DNA of 64,000 nucleotides from Spironucleus salmonicida (Eukaryota): NCBI RefSeq assembly GCF_000497125.1, contig NC_090601.1, positions 1 to 64,000 of the forward strand, read 5' to 3'. Shown piece by piece: positions 63,211 to 64,000 of this stretch (position 1 is its first letter; each line of letters starts with the position of its first letter). The notes under the pieces were generated by a model. It saw only the letters and a program-made list of their open reading frames with translations, ran no database searches and was not told where the DNA came from. The position numbers and the translations under genes were made by a program.

Positions 63211-64000
63211 TCACTTGGTGTTATTCATAAATTAAAATTTTTTAACAACCTAAATAAAACCGTTCTTTGCTACTCTCTTTTAATCTCCATAAAGGCATTG
63301 CCATTTTAACCCACTAATCTATCTTTCTTGTTTTTATATGTTCTTCCATTAATCCAAAGTTAGTCTATTTTGCGCTAAATTACTTTATTTTGATAGCCAA
63401 ATTCGCTTGACCTCATCTGGTGGTGGAAAATACTTATCGATCGTTATCCTAAACATATCATCCAAAAGATAGGGAATCAAATTCCATGAAACTGCAGAGC
63501 TTAATTCAATGCATGGATTCGAATTTACTTCAATAACATACGGTTATAAATCTTCATCTAGCATAAAATCGAAACCAAATAATTCAAAACAGTTTTTAGT
63601 TTGCGCGGATTAAATGAGTTTAATTGAAGCTGCTTACATTGTTTATGCCATAATTTTTTAAATCTTTGGCCAAATTTCCATCAAAAACGATATTTATTTT
63701 AAGTCTTAAATAATTATTTCAAATTCCTCAAAGCTAAGCATATTTCCTTCTTCTTCAACAGAATATGTTTTACTATACTATTACACAGCATTATTTGTTA
63801 AATGTATAGCTGCATCCGTAGAATCTAGCGAAAATTCAGTTCCTGATAATCGTAAATACCCTGACTTATAGACAAAACAAGAACCATTATCAAGAGCTAA
63901 ACTGAAACAGCGTATGTCAAATTTTCTATTTTTAATTAAAAGTGGATTTTCTATGTATTTTTAAATAAGAAATGGCTAATTTTAACATGCTTTAGTAATA
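63211..64000 (-). CDS. Tubulin-tyrosine ligase (TTL/TTLL) family protein, 3' part; starts beyond the window
   Basis: LIQKYIENPLLIKNRKFDIR, GYLR, IHLTNNAVQ and CFELFGFDFMLDEDLQPYVIEVNSNP; ends AAG-TGA at 63211. Confidence 0.93.

Overview
This window is the left end of a eukaryotic chromosome, most likely from a hexamitid diplomonad (Spironucleus/Hexamita type). It opens with about 3.1 kb of (CCTA)n, i.e. a (TAGG)n telomere. Genes only read through if TAA/TAG = Gln and TGA is the sole stop (translation table 6), so the supplied standard-code ORF track shows only fragments. The subtelomere (about 3.1-46 kb) holds two copies of one module: a composite satellite (about 345-bp X and about 325-bp Y units), a shared spacer, and an intact gene of about 1,800 aa transcribed toward the telomere. 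These genes carry Walker A/B-like motifs and a candidate PD-(D/E)xK-like motif. They are old paralogs with a near-identical, apparently gene-converted core. Between the two modules lies a decayed cluster of virus-like ORFs that includes an A32-type packaging ATPase (Polinton/virophage-like relic) written in the host's code. From 46 kb onward is a very compact, apparently intronless core region: two paralogous coiled-coil proteins, an AAAP amino-acid transporter, roadblock/LC7, LeuRS, MgsA/RarA, an LRR protein, a partial TTL-family gene and several hypothetical genes. All translations and comparisons were done by eye; no database searches were run.
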